Positions 9,179 to 18,483 of a stretch of DNA of 64,000 nt are shown in pieces (position 1 is the stretch's first letter; each line of letters opens with the position of its first letter). A model generated the notes under the pieces. The model was given only the letters and a program-made list of their open reading frames with translations, was not told where the DNA came from and did no database searches. The DNA is from Patescibacteria group bacterium (GTDB lineage: Bacteria; Patescibacteriota; WWE3; JAMCXX01; JBBTUG01). The stretch covers positions 14,165 to 78,164 of the forward strand of contig JBBTUG010000012.1 in NCBI GenBank assembly GCA_038063895.1. Direction: 5' to 3'. The translations under genes and the position numbers were made by a program.

Positions 9179-10081
9179 GTGACTGATTCCCTATCGGAAA
9201 ATCTTGATTACCGGCAACTACCGCAGTACAACCAGTATTTAGCCGGGCAGGGCTGGCAGATTGAACAGCGCGGCCCCACCGCACTTTTAAGGAGGCGCTT
9301 CCCGATCTTGGGCACGATTCTGATTCTAAAACGCGGCGACCCAAATACCCCCCTCGAAGCAATTGAGAAGTTAGTTACCCGATATAGAGCCGCTTTAGTG
9401 AAACTCGATTTTGATATTGACCATCGCAGTCCGGAAGCGGCCACACTGCAAACCAACCTCCTCAATCGGGGTTACTGCCTCTCCCGCCTCCCTTTCTGTC
9501 CGACGAAAACCATAAAAATTGACCTGGCGCTGCCGCTCGAGCAGCTACTGGAACAGACGAGCAGTGACGTCCGCAGGTATTTACGGAAAAATGAAAGGGA
9601 AAATTTCCTAATTCGCCGCGACCAAACCATTGATGATTTTTATCCTCTTCTGCAAAAAGCTTCAAAAATTCACCGCTACTTTCTTCCCGGCCTAAAAAAT
9701 ATAAAAAAACAATGGGAAGCTTTCGGACCGAATCTTAAAGTTCTGACCGGCTATAAAGACGGGCGGCTTCTCGGCGGCGCAATGGTCGTCTGCCAAAACA
9801 CCCAGGCCTCCGGAATCTATATGGCCTTTAGCGGTGACGGGCTCAGCTGCCATCTGCCGTATTCAATGATGTGGGAAGCGATTGTTGTGGCGAAAACCGC
9901 CGGCTGCCGGGTACTGGATCTTGACGGAGTTTATGATGAACGGTTCAATGCTCCCATTTCCTGGAAGGGGTTGAGCGTTTTCAAGAAAAAATTCGGGGGT
10001 GTCGAGGTCGAGTATCCGGGAACTTACGTTAAATGCCGGTACCTTCCGACGAGACTTCTAACCGCGCTTAAATTACTCTAA
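9179..10081 (+). CDS. FemAB/FemX-like GNAT peptidoglycan bridge-forming transferase
   Basis: [45 protein letters not shown]. Confidence 0.8.
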   Translation: MTDSLSENLDYRQLPQYNQYLAGQGWQIEQRGPTALLRRRFPILGTILILKRGDPNTPLEAIEKLVTRYRAALVKLDFDIDHRSPEAATLQTNLLNRGYCLSRLPFCPTKTIKIDLALPLEQLLEQTSSDVRRYLRKNERENFLIRRDQTIDDFYPLLQKASKIHRYFLPGLKNIKKQWEAFGPNLKVLTGYKDGRLLGGAMVVCQNTQASGIYMAFSGDGLSCHLPYSMMWEAIVVAKTAGCRVLDLDGVYDERFNAPISWKGLSVFKKKFGGVEVEYPGTYVKCRYLPTRLLTALKLL

Positions 10082-10650
10082 TTAATACGGAGCAACTCAA
10101 CTTCGAAGGTTAACGTGGCACTTCGCGGAATCGGTCCACCGGGAGTACCAGTTTCGCCGTAAGCCAACAGCGGGGGGATAATCAGTTTCCGGAGTTCGCC
10201 AACTTGCATTCCAATCATTCCCTGATCCCAACCCTTGATAACCTGGCCGGCGCCTAAAGTAAAGGTGAAGGGTGTTCCGCGGTCCCGGCTGGAATCAAAC
10301 TTCGCACCGCTGGCCAAGGTCCCTACGTAATGAACGGACAACTTATCACCATTTTTCGCCACAGGGCCGGACCCGGCCTTAAGACGGAAAGCATTAAGTT
10401 TTCCCGGCTCGATTTGGAGACTTTCGTCAGCGGAAGCGGTGGCGGCCGGAGAAGTTGTTGCCTCATTAAGACCAGCGGCCGGACTGCTCAGAGCAGATTC
10501 AGTTCCTTCCGGTGACAGGGCATTTACGACAGCCTCGGAAACAGAATTATCAGCATCCTGAACTTTACTCCGGGTCAGAAGAAGGTAGCCGCCGATAATT
10601 AAACCGACGATGGCCAGCGCGGCGATGGCGAGAAGAATATTCTTATTCAT
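10078..10650 (-). CDS. Membrane-anchored FKBP-type peptidyl-prolyl isomerase
   Basis: N-terminal TM; [42 protein letters not shown]. Confidence 0.93.
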   Translation of the reverse strand: MNKNILLAIAALAIVGLIIGGYLLLTRSKVQDADNSVSEAVVNALSPEGTESALSSPAAGLNEATTSPAATASADESLQIEPGKLNAFRLKAGSGPVAKNGDKLSVHYVGTLASGAKFDSSRDRGTPFTFTLGAGQVIKGWDQGMIGMQVGELRKLIIPPLLAYGETGTPGGPIPRSATLTFEVELLRIN

Positions 10651-10686
10651 TAGGATTTGATGATATCATTTTTTTAGTCTTAGTCA

Positions 10687-11484
10687 ATGACTCCACCAAC
10701 AACAAAAACAATCCGGCTGCTGCTGCTCACCGCCTACATTATTATCGCGGTCTTTTTCGTTTGGAAGTTCAGATCGGTTTACCTGCTCTCAATCCTAATC
10801 GTTCTCGTCCCACCCGCGTTAGCTAATTTCCTGTGGTTAAATAACCCGGCAACGAAAAAACGGATTCTCGCGTTTTCACTCCTAGCCGTCCTTCTGTTCG
10901 CTCCTCCCGTTGAACTAGCGGCCCGACTAGCCAACGTGTGGGATGTTCAGTCGGTTTTTCCCCGGCCTTTTGGACTGATTCCGCTGGAAAATATGCTCTT
11001 CGCTTTTCTTAACTTTTTTTGGGGCTTAAGCTTTTACGCTTATTTTACCGGCACCACCCCAACCAAATCATCGCGGCTTAAATTCTTAATTGTTCTCTAT
11101 CTTTTATTGGATTTAGCGGTTTTCGGCGGTTATCTTCTTAACCCCGCCCTTATTAAAGTAAATTATTTCGCTCTGGCGCTTCCGGTCCTTCTCATTCCGG
11201 CTGTCTTTCTTTTTTCCCGTTATCCCGCCCTAATCCGGAAAACCATTCCCACCACCTTTTTCTTTGCCGCCGTTTTGTTTATCTATGAAGCTGTGTCGTT
11301 GGAGATCGGCAGCTGGTGGTGGCCGGGGACTTATCTTTATACCTTTAACTTAAACGGACACACTTTTCCGCTTGACGACGTTTTAATCTGGTATTTTCTG
11401 TCAACCCCCGTGCTAATCGCCGGGTATGAGTTTTTCGCAAACGGCTACGGAGAAAAGGTTCAGGCTGAGGTCACACCGATGTAG
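10687..11484 (+). CDS. Polytopic membrane protein, duplicated lycopene-cyclase-domain-like
   Basis: Two similar halves with W...IPLENMLFAF and WW...FPLDDVLIWY. Confidence 0.55.
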   Translation: MTPPTTKTIRLLLLTAYIIIAVFFVWKFRSVYLLSILIVLVPPALANFLWLNNPATKKRILAFSLLAVLLFAPPVELAARLANVWDVQSVFPRPFGLIPLENMLFAFLNFFWGLSFYAYFTGTTPTKSSRLKFLIVLYLLLDLAVFGGYLLNPALIKVNYFALALPVLLIPAVFLFSRYPALIRKTIPTTFFFAAVLFIYEAVSLEIGSWWWPGTYLYTFNLNGHTFPLDDVLIWYFLSTPVLIAGYEFFANGYGEKVQAEVTPM

Positions 11485-11753
11485 TCGATCCGGGGAAAGT
11501 AGCGGCGGATGTAATCACGGAATTTATCGGAAAGGCCGGGCGTGAACTTGCTGAATTTTCCGTTTTCGCTTTCCCGGCACAACCGGTTTTCCCACTCTTG
11601 GATAATCGCCAACACTTCCTTACCCCGCTCGTTAAACTCCTTTTCCCACACGGCGGGCTCAAAAACATAGTGGTCGTGCACGTTGCGGAAATTTTTAAAC
11701 TCCTCGGGGTGGGCCGCCACCATCCGGTTGTAATAATCCTGGTATTTCGTCAT
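11460..11753 (-). CDS. Conserved hypothetical protein
   Basis: FN..GKEVL.II.EWENRLC..SE.GKFSKF...LSDKF...IR.YFP.ID.IG pattern; start ATG 11753. Confidence 0.7.
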   Translation of the reverse strand: MTKYQDYYNRMVAAHPEEFKNFRNVHDHYVFEPAVWEKEFNERGKEVLAIIQEWENRLCRESENGKFSKFTPGLSDKFRDYIRRYFPRIDYIGVTSA

Positions 11754-11831
11754 CGGTTCTAATTTTAAAACATCTAAAACGAAAAATACACCTTGATAAA
11801 TTACGGCCGTTCTGTAATATTGATACAAGTC

Positions 11832-12242
11832 ATGCCTGAAACCTCCGTTGCCGAAACTTTAAGCCACGTGGTCAACTTAATCCAAAACGCCAATACCAGT
11901 ATTGAGAAACTGAAAGAGGATATCTCAACCAATAAGGATATGCTGGAGGATGCCTTAAACAACGATCCGGACTACCGGCGGGAATTCGATAAAGCTAAAG
12001 AAGCGGCCAAAGTCAGAAACGAGCTTAAAAAACGGATTATGCTGCAGCCGGAACTGATGTCAATCAATACCAAAATGAAAAATCAGAAGGCTCACCTTAA
12101 GGAACTGAAAGAAACCCTCTCTGAATATCTGCAGGAATATCAACGGCAAACGGGATCGAAGACCATTGAAGGCTCGAATGGCGAACTCAACCAAATAATC
12201 TCCTCCGCCCGCCTCGTTAAAACCAGCAACCGGCCCGAGTAA
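11832..12242 (+). CDS. Hypothetical coiled-coil protein
   Basis: Charged heptad-rich ORF, divergent from the previous gene. Confidence 0.7.
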   Translation: MPETSVAETLSHVVNLIQNANTSIEKLKEDISTNKDMLEDALNNDPDYRREFDKAKEAAKVRNELKKRIMLQPELMSINTKMKNQKAHLKELKETLSEYLQEYQRQTGSKTIEGSNGELNQIISSARLVKTSNRPE

Positions 12243-12263
12243 GACTTAAAGATTCTGCCTGTT

Positions 12264-12620
12264 TCATATCCTTCGGATATTAATCAGTTTAAGCTCCCGG
12301 CGGCATTTCATAAAATCGGGGACTACCTGTCCGATAAGCTGCCAAAATTTTTCGGAGTGGTTGAATTGACGGAGATGACAAAGTTCGTGAACCACTAAAT
12401 AGTCGGCAAGATGCGGGGGCAAAAATATAATCCGAAAGTTGAAGTTTAAATTGCCTGCTTTCGAGCAGCTGCCCCAACGCGTTTTTTGGTTACGGATTGT
12501 GATCTTATTATAAGGAAAGGGGTAACTCGTACGGTATTTCTCAACCAGCTCCAGCGCCAAAGACCGCGCCCGGCTTTTATTTTCCTGGTATCTTACGGAG
12601 TCGGATCTATTTACTGCCAT
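12264..12620 (-). CDS. M48/YgjP-like zinc metallopeptidase domain protein
   Basis: QKTRWGSCS, DYLVVHELCHL, NHSEKFW. Confidence 0.88.
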   Translation of the reverse strand: MAVNRSDSVRYQENKSRARSLALELVEKYRTSYPFPYNKITIRNQKTRWGSCSKAGNLNFNFRIIFLPPHLADYLVVHELCHLRQFNHSEKFWQLIGQVVPDFMKCRRELKLINIRRI

Positions 12621-13131
12621 ACCCCGGCACCTCATACAAATAAACGTTGCCGTCCTGCTGAGTCGCCTGCCAATCCGGAAAGGTAAAAACATAGGAAACA
12701 ACTTTGGAACCTGGTTTTAGTTCCCGCGTCAGCTTTTTTTCCAGCTTCACCATAATATGGCTGATCCCGTAAAGAGCCACTCCGTTGAAAGAAGACACAT
12801 CCCTCCGCCAAAAATCCGCCCAGTGGATAAAGGCCTTCCCGGAAACCCCGGCCCGGAAAATGTTAAATCGCGACCAAAGGACAAGAAACGGATTAATCTC
12901 GTAGCCGTGCACTTCCGCCCCCGCCCTCGCCAAGCTGATAACCAACCGCCCGTCGCCGGATCCTAACTCAACCAATTTTTCTCCCGCCCCTACGTTCATT
13001 AAAGCCGTCATCTTCCCAACCACAATGGGGGGCATCGGCACAAACGGCGCGCCGCGGAATAACGCCACGACAATAAAGACAAACATTGCGACCAGGACAA
13101 AACGGAGGGCCAGAAAAAATAGTATAAGCAT
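12607..13131 (-). CDS. Membrane-anchored class I SAM-dependent methyltransferase
   Basis: TM then GAPFVP, ELGSGDGR, GYEINP, ELKPGSKVVSYVF. Confidence 0.85.
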   Translation of the reverse strand: MLILFFLALRFVLVAMFVFIVVALFRGAPFVPMPPIVVGKMTALMNVGAGEKLVELGSGDGRLVISLARAGAEVHGYEINPFLVLWSRFNIFRAGVSGKAFIHWADFWRRDVSSFNGVALYGISHIMVKLEKKLTRELKPGSKVVSYVFTFPDWQATQQDGNVYLYEVPGYGSK

Positions 13132-13212
13132 AACCGAATAAATTCTATCATTCTTACCAGTGGTACTTGAAATTATTTTCCCACTTGGAATAGAATACTC
13201 ACAGTCAAGTTT

Positions 13213-14127
13213 ATGATTACTATCAAGCATCTGTCCAAACGCTTCGACACCAAAACGGTGATTTCAGACCTCAATTTTAAAATCAGCCGGGGCGAAATCA
13301 TCGGTCTCTTGGGCCCGAACGGCGCCGGGAAAACCACCACCTTGCGGATGCTCTCCGGGACCTTGCCCCCGAGTAGCGGCTCGATCGAAATTGACAACCG
13401 TGACTCCTCGCTCCCTTGCCGGGAAGTAAAACAGCGCATCGGCTTTTTACCGGAAGATAACCCTTTGTATGAAGACCTGACCGTTGAGGAATATCTGGAT
13501 TTCTGGGCGGCGGTCAAAGGACTGGATAAGAGTAATAAAAAGGACGCGGTCGATTTCGTGGTTGAAAATTGCGGTATCAGCGAAGTCTACTACCGCCCGA
13601 TCAATGAGTTATCAAAAGGTTACCGCCAGCGGGTCGGCCTCAGCCAGGCAATTATGACGAGGCCGGAGATTCTTCTTTTGGATGAGCCGACGGAAGGGCT
13701 TGACCCCAACCAGCGCCACGACATCGCCAACCTCATTACTACACTGGGAAGAGAACGGACGGTCGTTATCTCCTCCCACGTTCTGCCGGAAGTCTCCAAA
13801 ATCTGCACCCGGCTGATTATTATCCATCAGGGAAAAATCGTGGCTGATGAAAGCCCCGAAAATCTAAAGCACCTTGGCCAAACATCCCACCGGATTGAAG
13901 CCGAACTGCTCGGGAATAATATCATTCCGGTTTTGGAAAAACTGCCCGAAGTGGCCAGAGTCGTTGAGGAACCGCGCAACCACTTTATCATTGAAATCAA
14001 AGGACAGCGCGATATCCGCCGGGAAGTTTTTGAAGCGGCGGTGGCCAACCACTGGACCCTGCTGACCCTTAACCAAAAAGAACGCGCGATTGAAGAAGTC
14101 TTCAGCCAGCTGACAACCAACCAATGA
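13213..14127 (+). CDS. ABC transporter ATP-binding subunit (GldA-like)
   Basis: GPNGAGKTT, LSKGYRQRVGL, LLLDEPTEGLDP, SSH. Confidence 0.92.
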   Translation: MITIKHLSKRFDTKTVISDLNFKISRGEIIGLLGPNGAGKTTTLRMLSGTLPPSSGSIEIDNRDSSLPCREVKQRIGFLPEDNPLYEDLTVEEYLDFWAAVKGLDKSNKKDAVDFVVENCGISEVYYRPINELSKGYRQRVGLSQAIMTRPEILLLDEPTEGLDPNQRHDIANLITTLGRERTVVISSHVLPEVSKICTRLIIIHQGKIVADESPENLKHLGQTSHRIEAELLGNNIIPVLEKLPEVARVVEEPRNHFIIEIKGQRDIRREVFEAAVANHWTLLTLNQKERAIEEVFSQLTTNQ

Positions 14128-16307
14128 ATAAACGGGTAATTCTAATCATTGCGAAAAAAGAACTGCTGGGGTTTATTAACAGTCCCCTGGCCTACACAGC
14201 CGTTGTGCCGTTCCTCCTTTTATCCGTGTTTCTTTATACCCGCTCTTTGCTTATCTCGGGAGAGGCGACCCTCCGTCCCTTTTTCGACCTGCTGCCTTGG
14301 TTTTTGCTCCTGCTCGCCCCCGCCCTGTCAATGAAGGCCCTCTCGGACGAATACCGGAATAATACGTTGGAACTTCTCTTCGCGCACCCCCTTTCGGAAA
14401 CTGAGATCGTCCTCGGAAAATTTTTCGGGGTCGCCGGCTTTTATTTACTGGTTCTTTTAACCACCGCCGGTTTGCCATTGACGCTGTTCGCTTATTCGAG
14501 GCCCGACCCGGGCCAGATCGTTGCTCAATACCTCGGGGCTTTCCTGCTCGGCAGTTTGTTTATCAGCGTCGGCCTTGCGGCGTCCGCTTACGTTAAAAAC
14601 GCCATCAGCAGTTTCTTGCTGTCCGCCTCAGTCAGCTTCGTCTTACTGATCCTCGGCTTGGACTTTATCGTAATGACGCTACCCGCCCCTTTCAGTTGGC
14701 TGGCCACGCAAATTTCCGTCCTGACCCACACGGATAATATCGCTCGGGGCCTTTTAGACATTCGGGATGCTGCCTATTTTGCCACCATCACCGGCCTTTT
14801 TCTTGCTATGGCCGTGATGAAACTTTCGTCCCGCCGGCTGGTGGAAAGCCCACTGGAAAAACGGAAGTTAAATCTGGCGCTGGCAATAATCATCGGCATC
14901 GGGCTGATGAGTAATCTGCTTTTAACTGCCTACCCGCTCCGCGTGGATCTGACCGCCAACCGGCTGTTTTCCATTTCCGCCGGAACCCGGCAGACCCTGA
15001 GAACTTTGCCGGATGTCGTCACCGTCACCGTCTTCGCCTCTAAGGATTTGCCCGCGCAGACGCAATTAACGGAACGGGAGATTACGGATTTGTTGAAAGA
15101 CTACGCTCGAATCGGCCGTAACCTTAAAGTCGTTAAAGTTCATCCGGAAGAAAATTCGGAAACGGCGACGGAGGCGCGGAACAGTGGCATCCAGGAAATT
15201 ACCTTTAATAAAATCGGCACCGGAAAGTTCGAAGCTCAAACCGGCTTTCTGGGTCTCTCCCTCCGCTTCGGCGATAAAACCGAAAGCATCCCTTATATTT
15301 CCGATACCTCTGACTTGGAATACCAGCTTACCCGGCGCATCCGGAAACTAACCGGTGACAAAGATAAAATAATCGGACTATTAAGCAGCGGGGACGGCGC
15401 CCAAAACCAGCTCCTCAATCAGATCTTAAGCTACCAGTACCGGACCGAAACCTTAAGCGACGGAGATTACGGAAAGTTGAAGGATATTGCGGCTTTAATT
15501 GTAATTGATGACGGGAGCCGGCAGAGCACCGCCTCGGCTCTGATTAAAACTTATCTGCAACAAAACGGGCACGCTTTAATTCTCGCTAGTGGAGTAACAG
15601 TTAATCAGCAAAATCTCACCGCAAGCAAAAGCCTATCAAGCGTACCGGAAGCGCTGAAGGAATTCGGAATAACTATTAACAACGACATTGCGTATGATTT
15701 ACAACTGAATGAGTTACTGACCTTCGGTAGCGGCAACAGCCGTTTTCTCGCTCCTTACCCGTATTGGTTAAAGGCAGTCCCGACAGAAGCCGTCTTTTCG
15801 CCGCTGTCTTCGATCAAAAGTCTGAGCCTCGGTTGGCCCAGTTCCATTACCATTGAGGAAAAGGCCGGCTTTAAATATAAGAAACTTATCGTCACCGGCG
15901 GGGCGGGCGGACGCGTCAGCGAGAATTTCAATCTCTATCCGGAGTCGATCCGGACTCTGGGAACAACCGACGGCGGAAAAGTTTACCTGGCCGGTTTGGT
16001 TGAAAAGGAGGGAATGCGGGCGGTGGTTATCGGAAACAGTTCGATCGCGGAGGACCGCTTTTTGCAAAGTAACCGTGATAACGCGGCCTTTTTAGCCAAT
16101 ACAATTGACTACCTCGCCTCTGACGCGGATCTGGCCGCCATCCCCGCCAAAACCGCCGGACGGGCCATTCTGCAATTCCACTCCCCCAACGACCCGCTTA
16201 TCGTCCAGTACGGCAACCTTCTAGTTCCGCCACTTTTAGTTGTTGCGTTTGCCGTCTGGCATCTGCGTCGGCGCAAGCAAAAAACACTCCGCCTTTATGA
16301 AAAATAA
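14124..16307 (+). CDS. ABC-2 permease fused to a GldG-like extracytoplasmic domain
   Basis: N-terminal 6-TM permease (TLELLFAHPL..EIVLGKF), then RVDLTANRLFSIS..T GldG signature, C-terminal TM. Confidence 0.85.
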   Translation: MNKRVILIIAKKELLGFINSPLAYTAVVPFLLLSVFLYTRSLLISGEATLRPFFDLLPWFLLLLAPALSMKALSDEYRNNTLELLFAHPLSETEIVLGKFFGVAGFYLLVLLTTAGLPLTLFAYSRPDPGQIVAQYLGAFLLGSLFISVGLAASAYVKNAISSFLLSASVSFVLLILGLDFIVMTLPAPFSWLATQISVLTHTDNIARGLLDIRDAAYFATITGLFLAMAVMKLSSRRLVESPLEKRKLNLALAIIIGIGLMSNLLLTAYPLRVDLTANRLFSISAGTRQTLRTLPDVVTVTVFASKDLPAQTQLTEREITDLLKDYARIGRNLKVVKVHPEENSETATEARNSGIQEITFNKIGTGKFEAQTGFLGLSLRFGDKTESIPYISDTSDLEYQLTRRIRKLTGDKDKIIGLLSSGDGAQNQLLNQILSYQYRTETLSDGDYGKLKDIAALIVIDDGSRQSTASALIKTYLQQNGHALILASGVTVNQQNLTASKSLSSVPEALKEFGITINNDIAYDLQLNELLTFGSGNSRFLAPYPYWLKAVPTEAVFSPLSSIKSLSLGWPSSITIEEKAGFKYKKLIVTGGAGGRVSENFNLYPESIRTLGTTDGGKVYLAGLVEKEGMRAVVIGNSSIAEDRFLQSNRDNAAFLANTIDYLASDADLAAIPAKTAGRAILQFHSPNDPLIVQYGNLLVPPLLVVAFAVWHLRRRKQKTLRLYEK

Positions 16308-17178
16308 AACTTTGTTGTCGCTCTCCTTAATTTTCGCGGTTCTCGTCGGGTTGTTCCTCGTCCAAACTTATCTTCCGGAAATTTGGCCGAAAAGCTCTCC
16401 CTACTTAAAGAAGATGGGAACTGTGAATAAAAATAATTTAGCCCGGATTGAAATAAGTTATAACAAAGACAATATTGTTTTGGAGAAAGACGGCAGTATT
16501 TGGAAACTTAATTCGGCTAAAGTCGCGCCCTCTGCCATTGAAGCTCTGATCAGCGGATTATTTGTCACTACGGAACCGGAAACGGTAGCCCAAACGGATA
16601 TAAAACACAAAGAATTAGAAGTGACTCCGGAAGCGGCAATCCGGATTAAATTATCGGAAAAGACGGCGCTACTAATCGGGAAAGCTAATTATCCCGGCGT
16701 TTTCGCCCGTTTCGACGACGACAACACCGTGTACCTCCTAAAGGAGCTGGACCAAAGCCAAGTCGCCACCGAGGTACAACCGTGGCTGGATAAAACCGTT
16801 TTCGCGGCCGCGCCCGATAAAATTCAAAAACTGACTTTCACGAAAGAGAGTAAAGATTATTTTCTTGTCAAAAAAGATGGGAAATGGCTAAACAGCGAAA
16901 ACGGGAAAGAGGTGGCAAAGGAAAAAACGGACGCCCTGCTCGCGCAACTCTCAAACCTCAACGCCCGGTCGGTGGTCATCAAAGATACTCCTATCACAGG
17001 TTTCGCGGCTTCGCCAGAATTGAAGGTTGTTATCGCACTCGAGGGGGGAACGGAAACTCTGGAATTATCTAAAGGGAAAGATATTTACCTGGTGAAACGC
17101 CTCTCCGACGGACAGCAATTTCTTGTCGCAGAAGCCTCACTTTCCAAACTCCTCTCCGCCCCGGAAGAGCTCTTCTAG
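16297..17178 (+). CDS. DUF4340-like membrane-anchored accessory protein
   Basis: N-terminal TM, two LEK.G..W repeats, typical position after GldG-like genes. Confidence 0.7.
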   Translation: MKNKTLLSLSLIFAVLVGLFLVQTYLPEIWPKSSPYLKKMGTVNKNNLARIEISYNKDNIVLEKDGSIWKLNSAKVAPSAIEALISGLFVTTEPETVAQTDIKHKELEVTPEAAIRIKLSEKTALLIGKANYPGVFARFDDDNTVYLLKELDQSQVATEVQPWLDKTVFAAAPDKIQKLTFTKESKDYFLVKKDGKWLNSENGKEVAKEKTDALLAQLSNLNARSVVIKDTPITGFAASPELKVVIALEGGTETLELSKGKDIYLVKRLSDGQQFLVAEASLSKLLSAPEELF

Positions 17179-17251
17179 TTAGATGATAATACCTGAAAAC
17201 TCCACCTTACCAAGGTACCGATATTAACTTAAATGTGATACTGTACACTAC

Positions 17252-17280
17252 TTGACAGCGATTTATCCCTCTCTTAAGAT
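17252..17280 (+). promoter_or_regulatory. Sigma70-type promoter (leaderless)
   Basis: TTGACA-17-TAAGAT, 6 nt before GTG 17287. Confidence 0.6.
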
Positions 17281-17286
17281 AGGCAT

Positions 17287-17703
17287 GTGGGTTACGACTT
17301 AATTAGCCGAAAAAGTAAGGAGCCTTTTCGTTGGACACAGTTTTTCTGGAAAAGAGTACTTCAGCTGGCGGAGAAGAACGGTTGGCAACCAAAAGGAACG
17401 ACCATGCCGAAAGAATTTAAGCGGCCGGATTGGGATGGAAATTACTTGTACAATTCCGGCGAAATCGTAGAGACCGAAGATGCCCTAAATCTAGCTGAAG
17501 CTCTAACTAAAGCTTTGGATACTTTACCAACAGAGTATCTTCCTGTACCAAAGTCCCCCGCTTTGAACGAAGTTACAAAAAAGTGGGAAGATGCTGATTA
17601 TAGTCAAACACCACTTGAGAACTTCTTTTCCGGAAGTAGTGGTCGAAAGTCATTAGAAGAATTTATCGCCTTTTGCCGCAAGGGGAGTTTTGAAATTAGT
17701 TAA
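17287..17703 (+). CDS. Hypothetical protein
   Basis: 138 aa ORF with own promoter; W..VL.LA...GW.P.GT pattern. Confidence 0.7.
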   Translation: MGYDLISRKSKEPFRWTQFFWKRVLQLAEKNGWQPKGTTMPKEFKRPDWDGNYLYNSGEIVETEDALNLAEALTKALDTLPTEYLPVPKSPALNEVTKKWEDADYSQTPLENFFSGSSGRKSLEEFIAFCRKGSFEIS

Positions 17704-17758
17704 CGGATAGCCTACATTTTTCCGAATTATCCTTTCTCGTCCTAATGCAGGCTCTTTT

Positions 17759-18307
17759 ATGAAAATCCTGCACTACTCTGATAAAAGTTCTCCTAATTTA
17801 CTTTCCCTTTATGAGCGGGCGGATATATTCGTTACCACCGGAGATCTCCACTATCTTGACTTTTGTGGATTAGGAGAAAGAACAAATAAAAAACCGGCTT
17901 TCGGGGTATACGGAAACCACGACTCGGGAAGGTATTTTGAAAGCATCGGGATAACTGACTTACACAATCGCGTCGTTGAATACCGGGGGTTGAAATGGGG
18001 AGGCTTCCAAGGTTGTCTCAGATATAAACAAGCGGATTCGCCGATGTTTTCGGAATCGGAAGCTTGTATCTTCGCTGACAATTTTCCTTATGTAGATGTT
18101 CTGCTATTACACGCCGGACCAAAAGGAATGCTCGACGACCCTTCTGATCAACCTCACACCGGCTCCGAAGGGATCCGACGTTACGTCTTAGAGAAAAAAC
18201 CAAAAGTTGTTTTTCTTGGTCATCAATACTCCGACGCTTTTATGCAAGCAGATCCAACCAGACTCTACCGCACATATGGCGCTAGACTAATCGATGAGTT
18301 TTCATAG
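17759..18307 (+). CDS. Calcineurin-like metallophosphoesterase
   Basis: ILHYSD, TGDL, GNHD, LLLHAGP, GHQY. Confidence 0.85.
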   Translation: MKILHYSDKSSPNLLSLYERADIFVTTGDLHYLDFCGLGERTNKKPAFGVYGNHDSGRYFESIGITDLHNRVVEYRGLKWGGFQGCLRYKQADSPMFSESEACIFADNFPYVDVLLLHAGPKGMLDDPSDQPHTGSEGIRRYVLEKKPKVVFLGHQYSDAFMQADPTRLYRTYGARLIDEFS

Positions 18308-18483
18308 ATAAACACCCTTTGACGCAACGAAATTAATGGTAACCAATAAATGTAGGAAACGGCTCCTATACTGCCCAAATAATGTTTTATAAAAATATGA
18401 TTAGAGCAAAGTGAATGAAAACAATCTTTAAGTAAATGCAAACGATCGTTGTTAAATCATTAAAGTTACTAATTGAAAAGTTA

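Noticed and set aside
13844-13862. CUGAUGA...GAAA hammerhead-like core in the ABC ATPase gene
   Set aside because: No stem II pairing (AAGCCCC) and it is ordinary coding sequence (ADESPEN).
18308-18483. AT-rich gap between convergent genes as a possible sRNA
   Set aside because: No convincing hairpin, promoter-terminator pair or ORF.
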